Below are positions 54,467-63,629 of a stretch of DNA of 64,000 nucleotides, piece after piece. The stretch lies in NCBI GenBank assembly GCA_038844785.1, contig JAWBRA010000001.1, positions 1 through 64,000 of the forward strand, in the 5' to 3' direction. How positions within the stretch are numbered: the first letter of the stretch is position 1; each line of letters opens with the position of its first letter. The stretch is from Candidatus Caldarchaeum sp. GTDB lineage: Archaea > Thermoproteota > Nitrososphaeria_A > Caldarchaeales > Caldarchaeaceae. The position numbers and the translations under genes were made by a program. The notes below the pieces were generated by a model. That model saw nothing but the letters and a program-made list of their open reading frames with translations. It searched no databases and had not been told where the DNA came from.

Positions 54467-54985
54467 GTGGCTGACGTTGGTTGGAAAACCTCTCAGCCCG
54501 GGGGTTGCAAGCAGGTGTTAACGCTTAAGGAAAAAATCGAGCTCATGCGCCAGGGGATAATACACCGGTACGTAATTCCAATGCTCGAGTCACGCGGGTT
54601 TATGGTTTCAGCCTGGAAAAGGCCTGTATCGCTGGAGGATAAAACGCTGCGTGACGAGGGTTGGATGCCCCTGTACACCTCTTTCACGACATGGGAAACG
54701 TATTCCCGCAATGCACCGCTTCACGTATACTTCAACACTTTTTACGGAGACATTCACGAGAAAGCCTACAGAGTCTGCTTCGTGGAGTTCATACTCAACA
54801 AGCACAATTACAGGCTTCCTCCAGCAATTACAGGGGTCTTTACCAGACTCAACACCGAGAACGGCTATTACTGGAAGCACAGAATTCCAGTCAACCTTGA
54901 CATCCCCGACTCCGCGGTCAACGACGTCGACAGCAAGTATGACGAGCTTTTGCTTCTCCTCATACGGTCTAAAGTGATAGATTAG
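54467..54985 (+). CDS. Hypothetical protein
   Basis: 172-aa ORF filling the gap, preceded by TTTAAA. Confidence 0.6.
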   Translation: MADVGWKTSQPGGCKQVLTLKEKIELMRQGIIHRYVIPMLESRGFMVSAWKRPVSLEDKTLRDEGWMPLYTSFTTWETYSRNAPLHVYFNTFYGDIHEKAYRVCFVEFILNKHNYRLPPAITGVFTRLNTENGYYWKHRIPVNLDIPDSAVNDVDSKYDELLLLLIRSKVID

Positions 54986-55415
54986 GTTTTTTTATTACAC
55001 GGAGGACGATGGAGGTGTTTGTTTCGTTAACTCCTTGAATGTTCCTTATCTCCTCTATCACCTTATTCAAATGAGTCATTGATGGAACCGATATCACCGC
55101 CATAACATCGTTGGCTCCTGTTATCTCATAAACCTCGTCCACTCCGTTTATTTTCACAAGTTTGTCAGCCACTTCGGGTGTTGGAACTGAGGGGGTGACG
55201 GAGATGAAAGTCAATGCTTTTACAGCGTAGTCTTTAGCCAACTCTATCGTGAAGGATTTTATCACCCCCTTATCCACTAGGTTTTTCACCCTCCGCCTCA
55301 CAGCGCCCTCGGAGAGTTTGAGCTGTTTAGCTATCTCGGTAAAGCTCTTCCTAGCATCCTTCTTCAGAATCTCGATTATGGCTCTGTCGGCTTCATCAAC
55401 CTCTGCCGGGGTCAA
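54969..55415 (-). CDS. lysM: Lrp/AsnC regulator LysM
   Basis: DEADRAIIEILKKDAR...SEGAVRRRVKNL, YEITG; divergent from lysY. Confidence 0.85.
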   Translation of the reverse strand: MTPAEVDEADRAIIEILKKDARKSFTEIAKQLKLSEGAVRRRVKNLVDKGVIKSFTIELAKDYAVKALTFISVTPSVPTPEVADKLVKINGVDEVYEITGANDVMAVISVPSMTHLNKVIEEIRNIQGVNETNTSIVLRVIKKPNLSL

Positions 55416-55482
55416 CGTCTTTACTAAAACATATGGTTTGTAATAGGCTTTACATAATGGTTAAAAAACAGGCTTCAAAACC

Positions 55483-56550
55483 ATGGAACAAATGACGGTT
55501 CGGGTAGGGGTTGTAGGAGGCTCCGGATACACCGGCGGCGAGATTCTGAGAATTCTGGCTTCTCACCCGCGTGTGGAACTAACTTACGTAACCTCCCGTG
55601 AATACGCTGGTAAACCCTTGACGGTAATACATCCGCATTTGAGAGGGTTTTTCCCAACTTTAAAGTTCTCAGAGGTTTCCGTCGAAGCGCTTGCGGAAAA
55701 ATGCGATACCGTGTTTGTTAACACACCCCACGGCGTATCTTCAACACTCACACCGAAGCTCCTTGAAAGAGGTTTGAAAGTAATAGACCTAAGCGCAGAC
55801 TTCAGGCTAAAAGATTTGGAGGAATATAAAAGATGGTATCATACGGAGCATTCTCACCCCGACCTTGTCGAGTTAGCTGTTTACGGGCTGCCGGAAATAA
55901 ACCGAGATAGGCTGCGGGGGTCAAGGCTTGTAGCCTGTCCTGGATGCAATGCGACAGCCGCGCTAATCTCCCTGATACCGGCGGTCGAGTCGCGTCTGAT
56001 TGACTTAGAACACATAGTGGTTGATGTAAAAGTCGGAAGCAGTGAGGCTGGGATAAAGCCTTCGCTGGGAACTCACCATCCTGAAAGGGCTAATGTCATA
56101 CGGCCTTACGAAGCCGACGGACATCGACATGTGGCGGAGGTAGAGCAGGAGCTGTCGAGAATAGCCGGTAGACGCATAAGGGTTGCGTTGGTCCCTCATG
56201 CTGTGGGTAGCATACGAGGGGCCATGGCCACATCCCATGTATGGCTCTCCAACGTTGATGTCGACGAGTCAAAGATTTGGAGAACATACGCCCATAGATA
56301 CGGGAAGGAGCCTTTCATCAGGATTGTGAGAGGCGCGCCATTCCGATACCCAGACCCAAAATACGTCATCGGAAGCAATTTCGCCGACGTAGGGTTTGCT
56401 GTCGAGACCAGAATACACAGAGCAGCCCTGTTCACGGCAATAGACAATCTGATGAAGGGCGCGGCTGGACAGGCCGTCCAATGCATGAACATAATGCACG
56501 GGTTTGACGAGGTTGAGGGGCTTAGGTATCTACCTCTAAGGCCTGCTTAA
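55483..56550 (+). CDS. lysY: [LysW]-aminoadipate/glutamate-phosphate reductase (LysY/ArgC)
   Basis: GGSGYTGGE, DLSADFR, ACPGC, DNLMKGAAGQA. Confidence 0.92.
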   Translation: MEQMTVRVGVVGGSGYTGGEILRILASHPRVELTYVTSREYAGKPLTVIHPHLRGFFPTLKFSEVSVEALAEKCDTVFVNTPHGVSSTLTPKLLERGLKVIDLSADFRLKDLEEYKRWYHTEHSHPDLVELAVYGLPEINRDRLRGSRLVACPGCNATAALISLIPAVESRLIDLEHIVVDVKVGSSEAGIKPSLGTHHPERANVIRPYEADGHRHVAEVEQELSRIAGRRIRVALVPHAVGSIRGAMATSHVWLSNVDVDESKIWRTYAHRYGKEPFIRIVRGAPFRYPDPKYVIGSNFADVGFAVETRIHRAALFTAIDNLMKGAAGQAVQCMNIMHGFDEVEGLRYLPLRPA

Positions 56551-56582
56551 GCTTTTTAGGCGATTGGCTGAAAAACCTCGAC

Positions 56583-57377
56583 GTGATAGTGGTTAAGGCT
56601 GGGGGGAGAGCGCTGGCGTCGAACATGGTCAACATTCTAAACTCCATCTCAGCCCGAGCCAGGGCAGGCGTAGTTTTTGTACACGGAGGAGGGGACATAG
56701 TCTCCGAGTATGAGAAAAGATTAGGCATGCAGCCGAGGATTGTGACCTCGCCGTCGGGAATACGGAGCAGGCTGACCGACGAAGCCGAGCTTGAAGTCTA
56801 CGCCATGGTGATGGCCGGAAAGCTGGGTAAAAAAATGTCAGCATTCTTAAACAGCAAAGGAGTTAAAGCGATCAACATGGCCGGCGTCGACTCCGGGTTG
56901 ATAAGGGCACAGCGGAAGAAAAAAATCATAATACTCGACGAGCGAGGAAGAAAAAGAATTGTTGACGGCGGATATACTGGAACAATAACCACGGTTGACG
57001 CCGACGCTATCAAAAAGTTCATTGAAATGGGTTACCTGCTGGTGATAACCCCGCTGGCGTTGGGAGAGGAGGGTGAGATGCTTAACATCGACGGCGACTC
57101 CGCAGCCTCGGCTATCGCATCAGCTGTGAAAGCTGACGCACTGTACATTCTTACAGACGTTGAAGGTTTGATGCTTGACGGAAAATTAGTCCCACGCCTG
57201 ACGTTGGCCGAGGCTAGAGCAATCCTCGACAGAATAGGGCCGGGCATGAACAGAAAGGTCTTGATGGCGGCTAACGCTGTAGAAGCCGGGGTGAAAAAAG
57301 CCATCATATCCTCAGGCCTTAAAGCTGACCCGTTGCTCGAGGCGGACAGTGGCTGCGGGACGGTTATTGAGGCTTGA
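56583..57377 (+). CDS. lysZ: [LysW]-aminoadipate/glutamate kinase (LysZ/ArgB)
   Basis: VVKAGG, VHGGG, SPSGIRSR, GGYTG, NIDGD. Confidence 0.92.
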   Translation: MIVVKAGGRALASNMVNILNSISARARAGVVFVHGGGDIVSEYEKRLGMQPRIVTSPSGIRSRLTDEAELEVYAMVMAGKLGKKMSAFLNSKGVKAINMAGVDSGLIRAQRKKKIIILDERGRKRIVDGGYTGTITTVDADAIKKFIEMGYLLVITPLALGEEGEMLNIDGDSAASAIASAVKADALYILTDVEGLMLDGKLVPRLTLAEARAILDRIGPGMNRKVLMAANAVEAGVKKAIISSGLKADPLLEADSGCGTVIEA

Positions 57378-57408
57378 GGAAGGGTTTTTCGACAAAACAT
57401 TAAAAATT

Positions 57409-57423
57409 GTTCGTCAATCGTAC
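57409..57423. promoter_or_regulatory. Candidate LysM operator upstream of lysW
   Basis: Imperfect palindrome GTTCG-TCAAT-CGTAC in the AT-rich lysZ-lysW gap, upstream of TATA-like tracts; resembles the Sulfolobus LysM box as I recall it. Confidence 0.5.
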
Positions 57424-57507
57424 TTTAATTAACTTAAACGTAAACAACCATGCCCAAAAGCAACGATTTATATTGAACTAATACGAAAAAAGCGCAGGTG
57501 CATTGGA

Positions 57508-57684
57508 GTGGTCAGCATACCCTGCCCTGTGTGCGGAGGGGCTCTGGAGGTTCCGGCGGACTCTCTGCCCGGCGAGCTGTTCGAGTGCGGCGAGTGCGGA
57601 GCACAGCTTGAGTTTTTCACAGACGATAAGGGAACGCAGTCGTTGAGGGTTGCCGAGGAAGTGGCCGAGGATTGGGGACAGTAG
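57508..57684 (+). CDS. lysW: Amino-group carrier protein LysW/ArgW (58 aa; not in ORF track)
   Basis: GTG start after AGGTG SD; MVSIPCPVCGG...ECGECGAQLE...EEVAEDWGQ*; two CxxC motifs; directly upstream of lysX. Confidence 0.92.
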   Translation: MVSIPCPVCGGALEVPADSLPGELFECGECGAQLEFFTDDKGTQSLRVAEEVAEDWGQ

Positions 57685-57687
57685 CCG

Positions 57688-58533
57688 ATGAGGATAGGGT
57701 TAGCTTATGACGTGGTAAGGTTCGAGGAAAAGTCTCTGATACAAGCGGCAAACAACCTAGGATATACAGTAAAACCGATTCACGTAGTGGACCGTGAGTT
57801 CTGGCTTAACGAACCCAACGGATACGACACGGACTTTATTGTCCAGAGATGCGTCAGCCTCAGCAGAGCCCTTGCCACAACCTCAATATTCGAAAGAGCC
57901 GGCTGCTTTGTAGTAAATAACTTGGACGTTTTACGTAACTCGGCCGATAAACTGGTAACCTCATGTCTTCTGGCCAAAAACGGAATACCCACGCCGGTTA
58001 CAGCTGTTGCGTTCAAAAAGGAGACAGCCCTGTCTATAGCTAGGAAGATCGGCTTCCCCGTCGTTGTCAAACCCATTTCAGGCAGCTGGGGTAGGATGAT
58101 CGCCAGAGCTTTCGACGAGCAATCGCTAGCCGACATTTTAGAGCTGCGTGAGAATATGCCCAACCCTCAGATGAAAATCCACTATCTGCAGGAGCATGTA
58201 GACAAGCCTGAGAGGGACATAAGGGCTTTCTACGTCTGGGGTGACGTGCCTGTAGCCATCTACAGGGTCAGCAAAAACTGGAAGACTAACACTGCGTTGG
58301 GCGGGAAGGCGCAGCCATGCACGGTTACCGACGGGCTAAGGGAGCTAGTGGTGAAAGCTGGTGATGCTTTAGGGGGCGGGGTCCTCGGCATAGACATACT
58401 AGAATCGCCTGAGAAAGGTATGCTTGTAAACGAGGTAAACGGCGTTGTGGAGTTCAGGAACACTGTTCTCGTCACAGGATATGATTTAGCGTCAAAGATA
58501 ATAGCTGATACGGTAAAGGTAGTTCGTAGATGA
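57688..58533 (+). CDS. lysX: LysW ligase LysX/ArgX (RimK-like ATP-grasp)
   Basis: RFEEK, QRCVS, KPISGSWGR, RDIR, WKTNTALG, NEVN..VEF. Confidence 0.92.
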   Translation: MRIGLAYDVVRFEEKSLIQAANNLGYTVKPIHVVDREFWLNEPNGYDTDFIVQRCVSLSRALATTSIFERAGCFVVNNLDVLRNSADKLVTSCLLAKNGIPTPVTAVAFKKETALSIARKIGFPVVVKPISGSWGRMIARAFDEQSLADILELRENMPNPQMKIHYLQEHVDKPERDIRAFYVWGDVPVAIYRVSKNWKTNTALGGKAQPCTVTDGLRELVVKAGDALGGGVLGIDILESPEKGMLVNEVNGVVEFRNTVLVTGYDLASKIIADTVKVVRR

Positions 58534-59726
58534 CTGTTAAGCTTTTACGGTTCTCTTCACCGCGGGGAATCAGGGTTGTAAAAGCCGAAGGGCAATACGT
58601 TTGGGATGAAACGGGCAGAAGATATCTTGACTTCTACATGGGCTACGGCGCCGCCTTCCTAGGCTACAGGCATCCAAAGATAGTGGAGGCGTTAAAGGAG
58701 CAGATGACCAGATACATGACGATAACTCCGGCGTTCGACACAGACATTATGGACAGTTGCTTGGACAGGCTTGGGCGAATACTCCCCGCTCATCTCGAAA
58801 GAGTTTTCTTCCTCAACAGCGGGTCGGAAGCATGCGAGCTTGCTTTGAAGATAGCTAGAAAGGTTACTGGCAGGAAGAAGGTCCTAGCCTTCGTGAACAG
58901 TTTTCACGGGAGAACGATGGGCTCGCTTTCAGCCACGTGGAACCCGAAGTATCGTGAAGGGTTTGAACCATTTCCGTTTGAAACTATTTTCACACCATAC
59001 AATAACGCTGAAGCCGTTGAGGAGAAACTTGGCGAAGATTTTGCTGCAGTCATATTCGAGCCTGTTCAGGGTGAAGGTGGAATAGTGCCGGCAACGGATG
59101 ATTTCCTCAAAAGAGTTGAGAGAAAGTGTAGAGATGTCGGGGCTTTACTGATAGCCGACGAGGTTCAGTCAGGCTTCGGAAGGACCGGCCTTGTCTGGGC
59201 CCATCAAAAGGCGGGAATAAAGCCTGACATGCTGACTGCCGCCAAGGCCATAGCAGGAGGTTTTCCAGCGAGCATAATCGCGGTTACTGAGGAAATCGCC
59301 TCTAAGCTTAAAGAAACAGACCATGGTTCAACCTATGGAGGCAGCCCGCTGGCTTTGGCGGCTATAAAAGCGGCTGTCGAAGTGCTAATAGAAGAGGACG
59401 TTCCTTCCCAAGCCCATGAGAAGGGTGCAGCGATTGGAGAAATGATGTCCAAAGTCGTCGAAGAAAACCGAGAGCTCTTCAGAGGTCTCCGAAGGAGTGG
59501 CCTGATGATAGGTGTTGACATGCGGTCTCAACCAGGTGATTTTATAAGGATGCTTCAGAAGAACGGGCTGATAGGCTTTAAAGCAGGTTTGACCGTCCTG
59601 AGGTTTCTTCCACCCTACCTCATAACGGAAGGGGATATGAAAACCGCGGTCGAAGCCATGGTTAAAACAATAGAAGACTATAGGGCTTTACACGGGAAAG
59701 CTGAACATTCTCAGAGCCTCGCGTAA
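58530..59726 (+). CDS. lysJ: [LysW]-semialdehyde transaminase (LysJ/ArgD)
   Basis: NSGSEA, FHGRTMG, EPVQGEGG, DEVQSG, AKAIAGG, HGSTYGG. Confidence 0.92.
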   Translation: MTVKLLRFSSPRGIRVVKAEGQYVWDETGRRYLDFYMGYGAAFLGYRHPKIVEALKEQMTRYMTITPAFDTDIMDSCLDRLGRILPAHLERVFFLNSGSEACELALKIARKVTGRKKVLAFVNSFHGRTMGSLSATWNPKYREGFEPFPFETIFTPYNNAEAVEEKLGEDFAAVIFEPVQGEGGIVPATDDFLKRVERKCRDVGALLIADEVQSGFGRTGLVWAHQKAGIKPDMLTAAKAIAGGFPASIIAVTEEIASKLKETDHGSTYGGSPLALAAIKAAVEVLIEEDVPSQAHEKGAAIGEMMSKVVEENRELFRGLRRSGLMIGVDMRSQPGDFIRMLQKNGLIGFKAGLTVLRFLPPYLITEGDMKTAVEAMVKTIEDYRALHGKAEHSQSLA

Positions 59727-61037
59727 CAAGGGTCTCCCAGCCTCACATGCTTCAAACCAAACCCTGTAAAACGGTTTACCTACTTTGATGAGCTTTGAAA
59801 GGTCTGTCGGGCTTGAGCTCAGGATTGCGTCGCAATCGACATAGGCCAAGGTTTTCTCCAAATCTTTAAGCTGTTCAGAAGTATATCCCATCGCCGGCAC
59901 TACAGGACCTATGTGAGGATACTGGACATAGATGTCTCTTATTATTCCAGTTGAGTATGGTTTTGGGTCTACGACCACGGCTCCAGCTGAGACGGCCGCT
60001 TCATAGGCTGCTCCGTAAGCCATTCCTCCGTGAGTCAGCGAAGGCGCGTCCTCCACAACGCAGACCCTCAAACCTTTAAGCTCTTGCATTTTTTCAACAT
60101 GTATCCTAGACGCGATTTTAGCGATGATAGCCTTCGGGTTTATGGTGGATAGCTTGGATACGAGCTTGTCCACGTTTTCAGGCGCTGCTCTGTCGGTCTT
60201 GTTAACAACCATCACGTCTGCCAAAAGAAGGTTTATCTCACCCGGATAAGTGCTTGTCTCAAGCCCAGGACGCGTAGCGTCTACAACGGTAATGTGTAGG
60301 TCTGGTTTGAAGAAGGGCAGATCGTTGTTTCCACCGTCCCATAGAATTACGTCCGCTTCCTGTTCCGCCGCCTTTAAAACAGCTTCATAGTCAACCCCTG
60401 CGTATACCACAGTCCCCTCACGAAGATGCGGCTCAAACTCCTCCCTCTCCTCAACGGTGCAGTCGTACCTGTCCATGTCCTCAAGCCTCTCAAACCTTTG
60501 AACAACCTGTCTTTCCAAAACGCCGTAAGGCATGGGATGGCGTACTACAACCGTGTTGACACCTGCTTGACGCAAGAGCCTCACAACATATCTTGATACT
60601 GTGCTTTTTCCCGCGCCCGTTTTTGTGGCCGTAACCGCGACAACTTTCTTGGAGCTGGTCAGCATAGTTGACTGCGGCCCCAGCAGCATGAAGTCAGCGC
60701 CCAAGGACATGGCCAGCGAGGCTTTGTGCATCACTTCCTCATGGGTTACGTCGCTATAGGCGAAAACCACAAGCTGTATCTTCTTCTCCTTAATCAGCCT
60801 AGGCAGCTCCGCCTCGTCGTAAATGGGTATGCCTTCTGGATAGAGGGGGCCGGCCAAGCTGGGAGGGTAAACCCTCCCCGCAATCCCGGGTATTTGGGCG
60901 GCTGTGAAAGCCACCACCTCATACTCGCTCCTTCCCCTGAAAAAGACGTTAAAGTTGTGGAACTCGTGGAGCTCCTTTTACTCCGGAGCCCAGTCACGTC
61001 CCGCCGCTCCCATGATAAGCGTCCTAACCCTCTTCAT
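59688..61037 (-). CDS. Intron-split P-loop protein of the cDPG-synthetase-like / arginine synthetase (ArcE-like) family; join(61037-60993, 60962-59688), 439 aa
   Basis: Spliced N-terminus MKRVRTLIMGAAGRD|FHNFNVFFRGRSEYEVVAFTAAQIP; TKTGAGKST, RHPMPYG, WDGGNND, PAMGY. The ORF track starts it late (60917) because of the TAA in the insertion. Confidence 0.88.
60963..60992 (-). other. 30-nt bulge-helix-bulge (BHB) type mRNA intron
   Basis: GGA-CGUG-[AC^U]-GGGCUCC-loop-GGAGCUC-CACG-[AG^U]-UCC: 4-bp central helix, two 3-nt bulges, 7-bp intron stem; in-frame TAA at 60980-60978. Confidence 0.88.
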
Positions 61038-61117
61038 GCTTGTAGAGGGTTAGCGGATGGGTAAAAACCTTGTCCAAAGACTTATAATCCAACAAAGTGG
61101 ACGGATGACGAAAGCAG

Positions 61118-62200
61118 TTGGGCGAGCTAAAGGCCATTGAGGTTTACAGGGAGCCAGCCGTCTCGACATTGGTCCAGCTCCTCGAAGTCTACACACCGCC
61201 CGGAGAGGAAAGAAGGCTTGAAAGAACGTGGTTTAGAATCTGCGCAGACCTTCGGTATCATAGGGTTTGGCGCGACGAGCTTGGAAACTACTTTGCCTCC
61301 GTTGGGGATGGAGATAAAACGGTGATGCTCGTGAGCCACGTGGACACGGTTCCCGGCGAGCTGAGGGTTAGAGTTTCCGGCGGTAGAGTGTATGGCAGAG
61401 GAGCGGTTGACGCAAAAGGACCTTTATCGGCCATGCTTTTAGCAGGCAGTATTGTCGCAGATAGGCTGAAGAACTCGAGGCTTGTCGTGGCAGGGCTGGT
61501 GGACGAGGAGGGGATGGGCAGGGGCGCGAAAAAACTTGTCGAGGATGGAATATACGCTGACTCGATAGTGATAGGCGAGCCCACGGGCACGTATGGAATA
61601 GCTGTATCATACAGAGGAAGCATAAGCGTGAAAGTTATGGCGACCGCTAAGGGCGGCCACGCTTCAGCCCCATACATTGCCGAATCAGCTGTTGAGAAGC
61701 TGCTAAACCTCTGGAGGATGGTGAGCCAAGAGTTTGGCGGAACTAGGTATGAAGATATAACATCGGCTTTGACGACCATTCACGCAGGAGACTGGATAAG
61801 CCGGATACCTGACAGAGCCGAGGGAAGCATTAACATAAGGTTTCCACACCCTTACACTTCCAAGCATATACTAGCAAAACTTGAGACGTTTGTAAAAAAC
61901 AGCGGATGTTCAATGGAGATAGTTGACATAACCGAACCTGTTGTCACAAGCGTCAACAACAGAACTGCGCGTGCAATGCAACGGGCTATGCTGAAGCTGA
62001 ACTACAAACCACGAATAGTTAAGAAAACCGGAACAAGCGACATGAACACCTTAGCGTCTGTGACGAGAGACATAATTGCGTGCGGGCCCGGTGACTCTAC
62101 TCTTGCACACACAGACTCCGAATACATAGATATAAACGACATAATAACGGCTACAAGAATATACTCCGAGTTCGTCAAGGAGATTGACCTATTGCAGTAG
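61118..62200 (+). CDS. lysK: [LysW]-lysine/ornithine hydrolase (LysK/ArgE, M20 peptidase)
   Basis: SHVDTVPG, GRGAVDAKG, DEE, GEP, KTGTSDMN, GPGDS..AHT. Confidence 0.92.
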   Translation: MGELKAIEVYREPAVSTLVQLLEVYTPPGEERRLERTWFRICADLRYHRVWRDELGNYFASVGDGDKTVMLVSHVDTVPGELRVRVSGGRVYGRGAVDAKGPLSAMLLAGSIVADRLKNSRLVVAGLVDEEGMGRGAKKLVEDGIYADSIVIGEPTGTYGIAVSYRGSISVKVMATAKGGHASAPYIAESAVEKLLNLWRMVSQEFGGTRYEDITSALTTIHAGDWISRIPDRAEGSINIRFPHPYTSKHILAKLETFVKNSGCSMEIVDITEPVVTSVNNRTARAMQRAMLKLNYKPRIVKKTGTSDMNTLASVTRDIIACGPGDSTLAHTDSEYIDINDIITATRIYSEFVKEIDLLQ

Positions 62201-63628
62201 CCTGCTCAAGCCTTTTTGAAAGTTTTCTCGCTCGCTGACAATAATCTCCCTTAATGTCTTTATATCTTCCAGCATTTTGCTGGATAACCTTGCAACATGA
62301 CTGGGGTTGGCTGAGCCTTCAACGGCGTATCTCTCCACCGTTTGGCCTGCATCCATGAGAGATAAAACATCCTCGACCCCGACACGGGCTTGAATGGATT
62401 CTTCTTCGAATATTCTTTGAAGAGAGAGCTCGTTAAGCTGATGAGATGCAACAAGTCTGCTAATCCTGCCAGCCACAGCATGGGCTTTTCTGAAACTTAC
62501 ACCGTGCCTTAAACTCAGATAGTTTGCCACCTCTACGGCTGCCGTTGGCGGAGCGCATGAATACAGAGCCTTTTCACGGTTCACCTCTAATAGCTTCACC
62601 ATTTTGTTGAGAAGGTTAAGGCTTGACTCAACCTGATCTAATGCAGACCAAAGCTTAGGTGTTGTTTGCTGTAGGTCGAGGTTGTATCCGCTAGGCTGCC
62701 TTGAAAGGATTCCAGCCAATGAAGTAACTAATCCAAGGACTTCCGCAGCCTTGGTCCTCATTATCTCGGCTACAACAGGGTTGCGTTTTTGAGGCATTAT
62801 GCTGCTCGTAGCAGAGTATTCCTCCGGCATCTTCAACAAGCCGAACTCCTCAGACGAATAGAGCACCATTTCTTCGGCGAATGAGGACAGGATGACCGCT
62901 ATGATGAGAAGCTGCATCAAACAGTGGAGGAGAAAGTCACGTGAAGCCGTAGCTTCTAAAGCATTTCTGCTAATATCGCGAAAGCCTAGGAGCCGAGCCA
63001 AATAAACTCTGTCAAGAGGGACTGAAGTGCCTGCAACAGCCGCAGAACCTAGGGGACATTCTTCACAAGCCTCGATAACGTCTTTCAGCCTTGGAACAGT
63101 CTTGTAAAGCCTTATCGCATATGCTTGAAGTATGAATCCGAAGGTTGCCGGCGCAGCTCTCTGCAGATGCGTGTAGACGGGGAACAGGGTTGCCGACTCC
63201 TCAACGCTTCTCTTGAAGAGGGATTCGACGGTGTCCAGAAGCAGGATTATAAGGTTGTAGAGCCTCTGCTTAAGCTTAAGCTTAACCGCCGCCACAACAG
63301 CGTCGTTTCTGCTTTTACCCAACGCCAGCATCTCGCCCACCTCCGGAACCTTCTGCGACAGCATGGACTCTATGTATATGTGGATGTCCTCAACATCTTC
63401 AGGGATTGTGACACCCGATTTTATGATTGACGAGAGGAAGGCAACGGCCTTTTCGGCTGACTCCTTGTCCACCACACCCAGTTTCTCAAGAGCTCTGACA
63501 TGGGCTATGTTCACGTAAACCGTTTCGTCTAGTATGGCGTGGTCGAAGGATGAGGAGGAAGTGTAGGCAGCCGCATCAACGTCCATCTTCTTTTTAAGAA
63601 TCCCCTTACGATGTGGAGCTGTCTCCAT
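62189..63628 (-). CDS. argH: Argininosuccinate lyase
   Basis: EDIH, GKSRND, YTHLQRA, SSIMPQKRNP, GYNLDLQ. Confidence 0.93.
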   Translation of the reverse strand: METAPHRKGILKKKMDVDAAAYTSSSSFDHAILDETVYVNIAHVRALEKLGVVDKESAEKAVAFLSSIIKSGVTIPEDVEDIHIYIESMLSQKVPEVGEMLALGKSRNDAVVAAVKLKLKQRLYNLIILLLDTVESLFKRSVEESATLFPVYTHLQRAAPATFGFILQAYAIRLYKTVPRLKDVIEACEECPLGSAAVAGTSVPLDRVYLARLLGFRDISRNALEATASRDFLLHCLMQLLIIAVILSSFAEEMVLYSSEEFGLLKMPEEYSATSSIMPQKRNPVVAEIMRTKAAEVLGLVTSLAGILSRQPSGYNLDLQQTTPKLWSALDQVESSLNLLNKMVKLLEVNREKALYSCAPPTAAVEVANYLSLRHGVSFRKAHAVAGRISRLVASHQLNELSLQRIFEEESIQARVGVEDVLSLMDAGQTVERYAVEGSANPSHVARLSSKMLEDIKTLREIIVSERENFQKGLSRLLQ

Positions 63629-63629
63629 G

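Noticed and set aside
57450-57476. 8-codon uORF MPKSNDLY before lysW as an attenuator
   Set aside because: Only one Lys codon and no terminator/antiterminator structure; likely chance.
60978-60980. In-frame TAA read as pseudogenisation or stop-codon recoding
   Set aside because: The stop lies inside a precise 30-nt insertion bounded by a BHB. Readthrough would leave 10 extra residues in a conserved motif, and the rest of the gene shows no decay.
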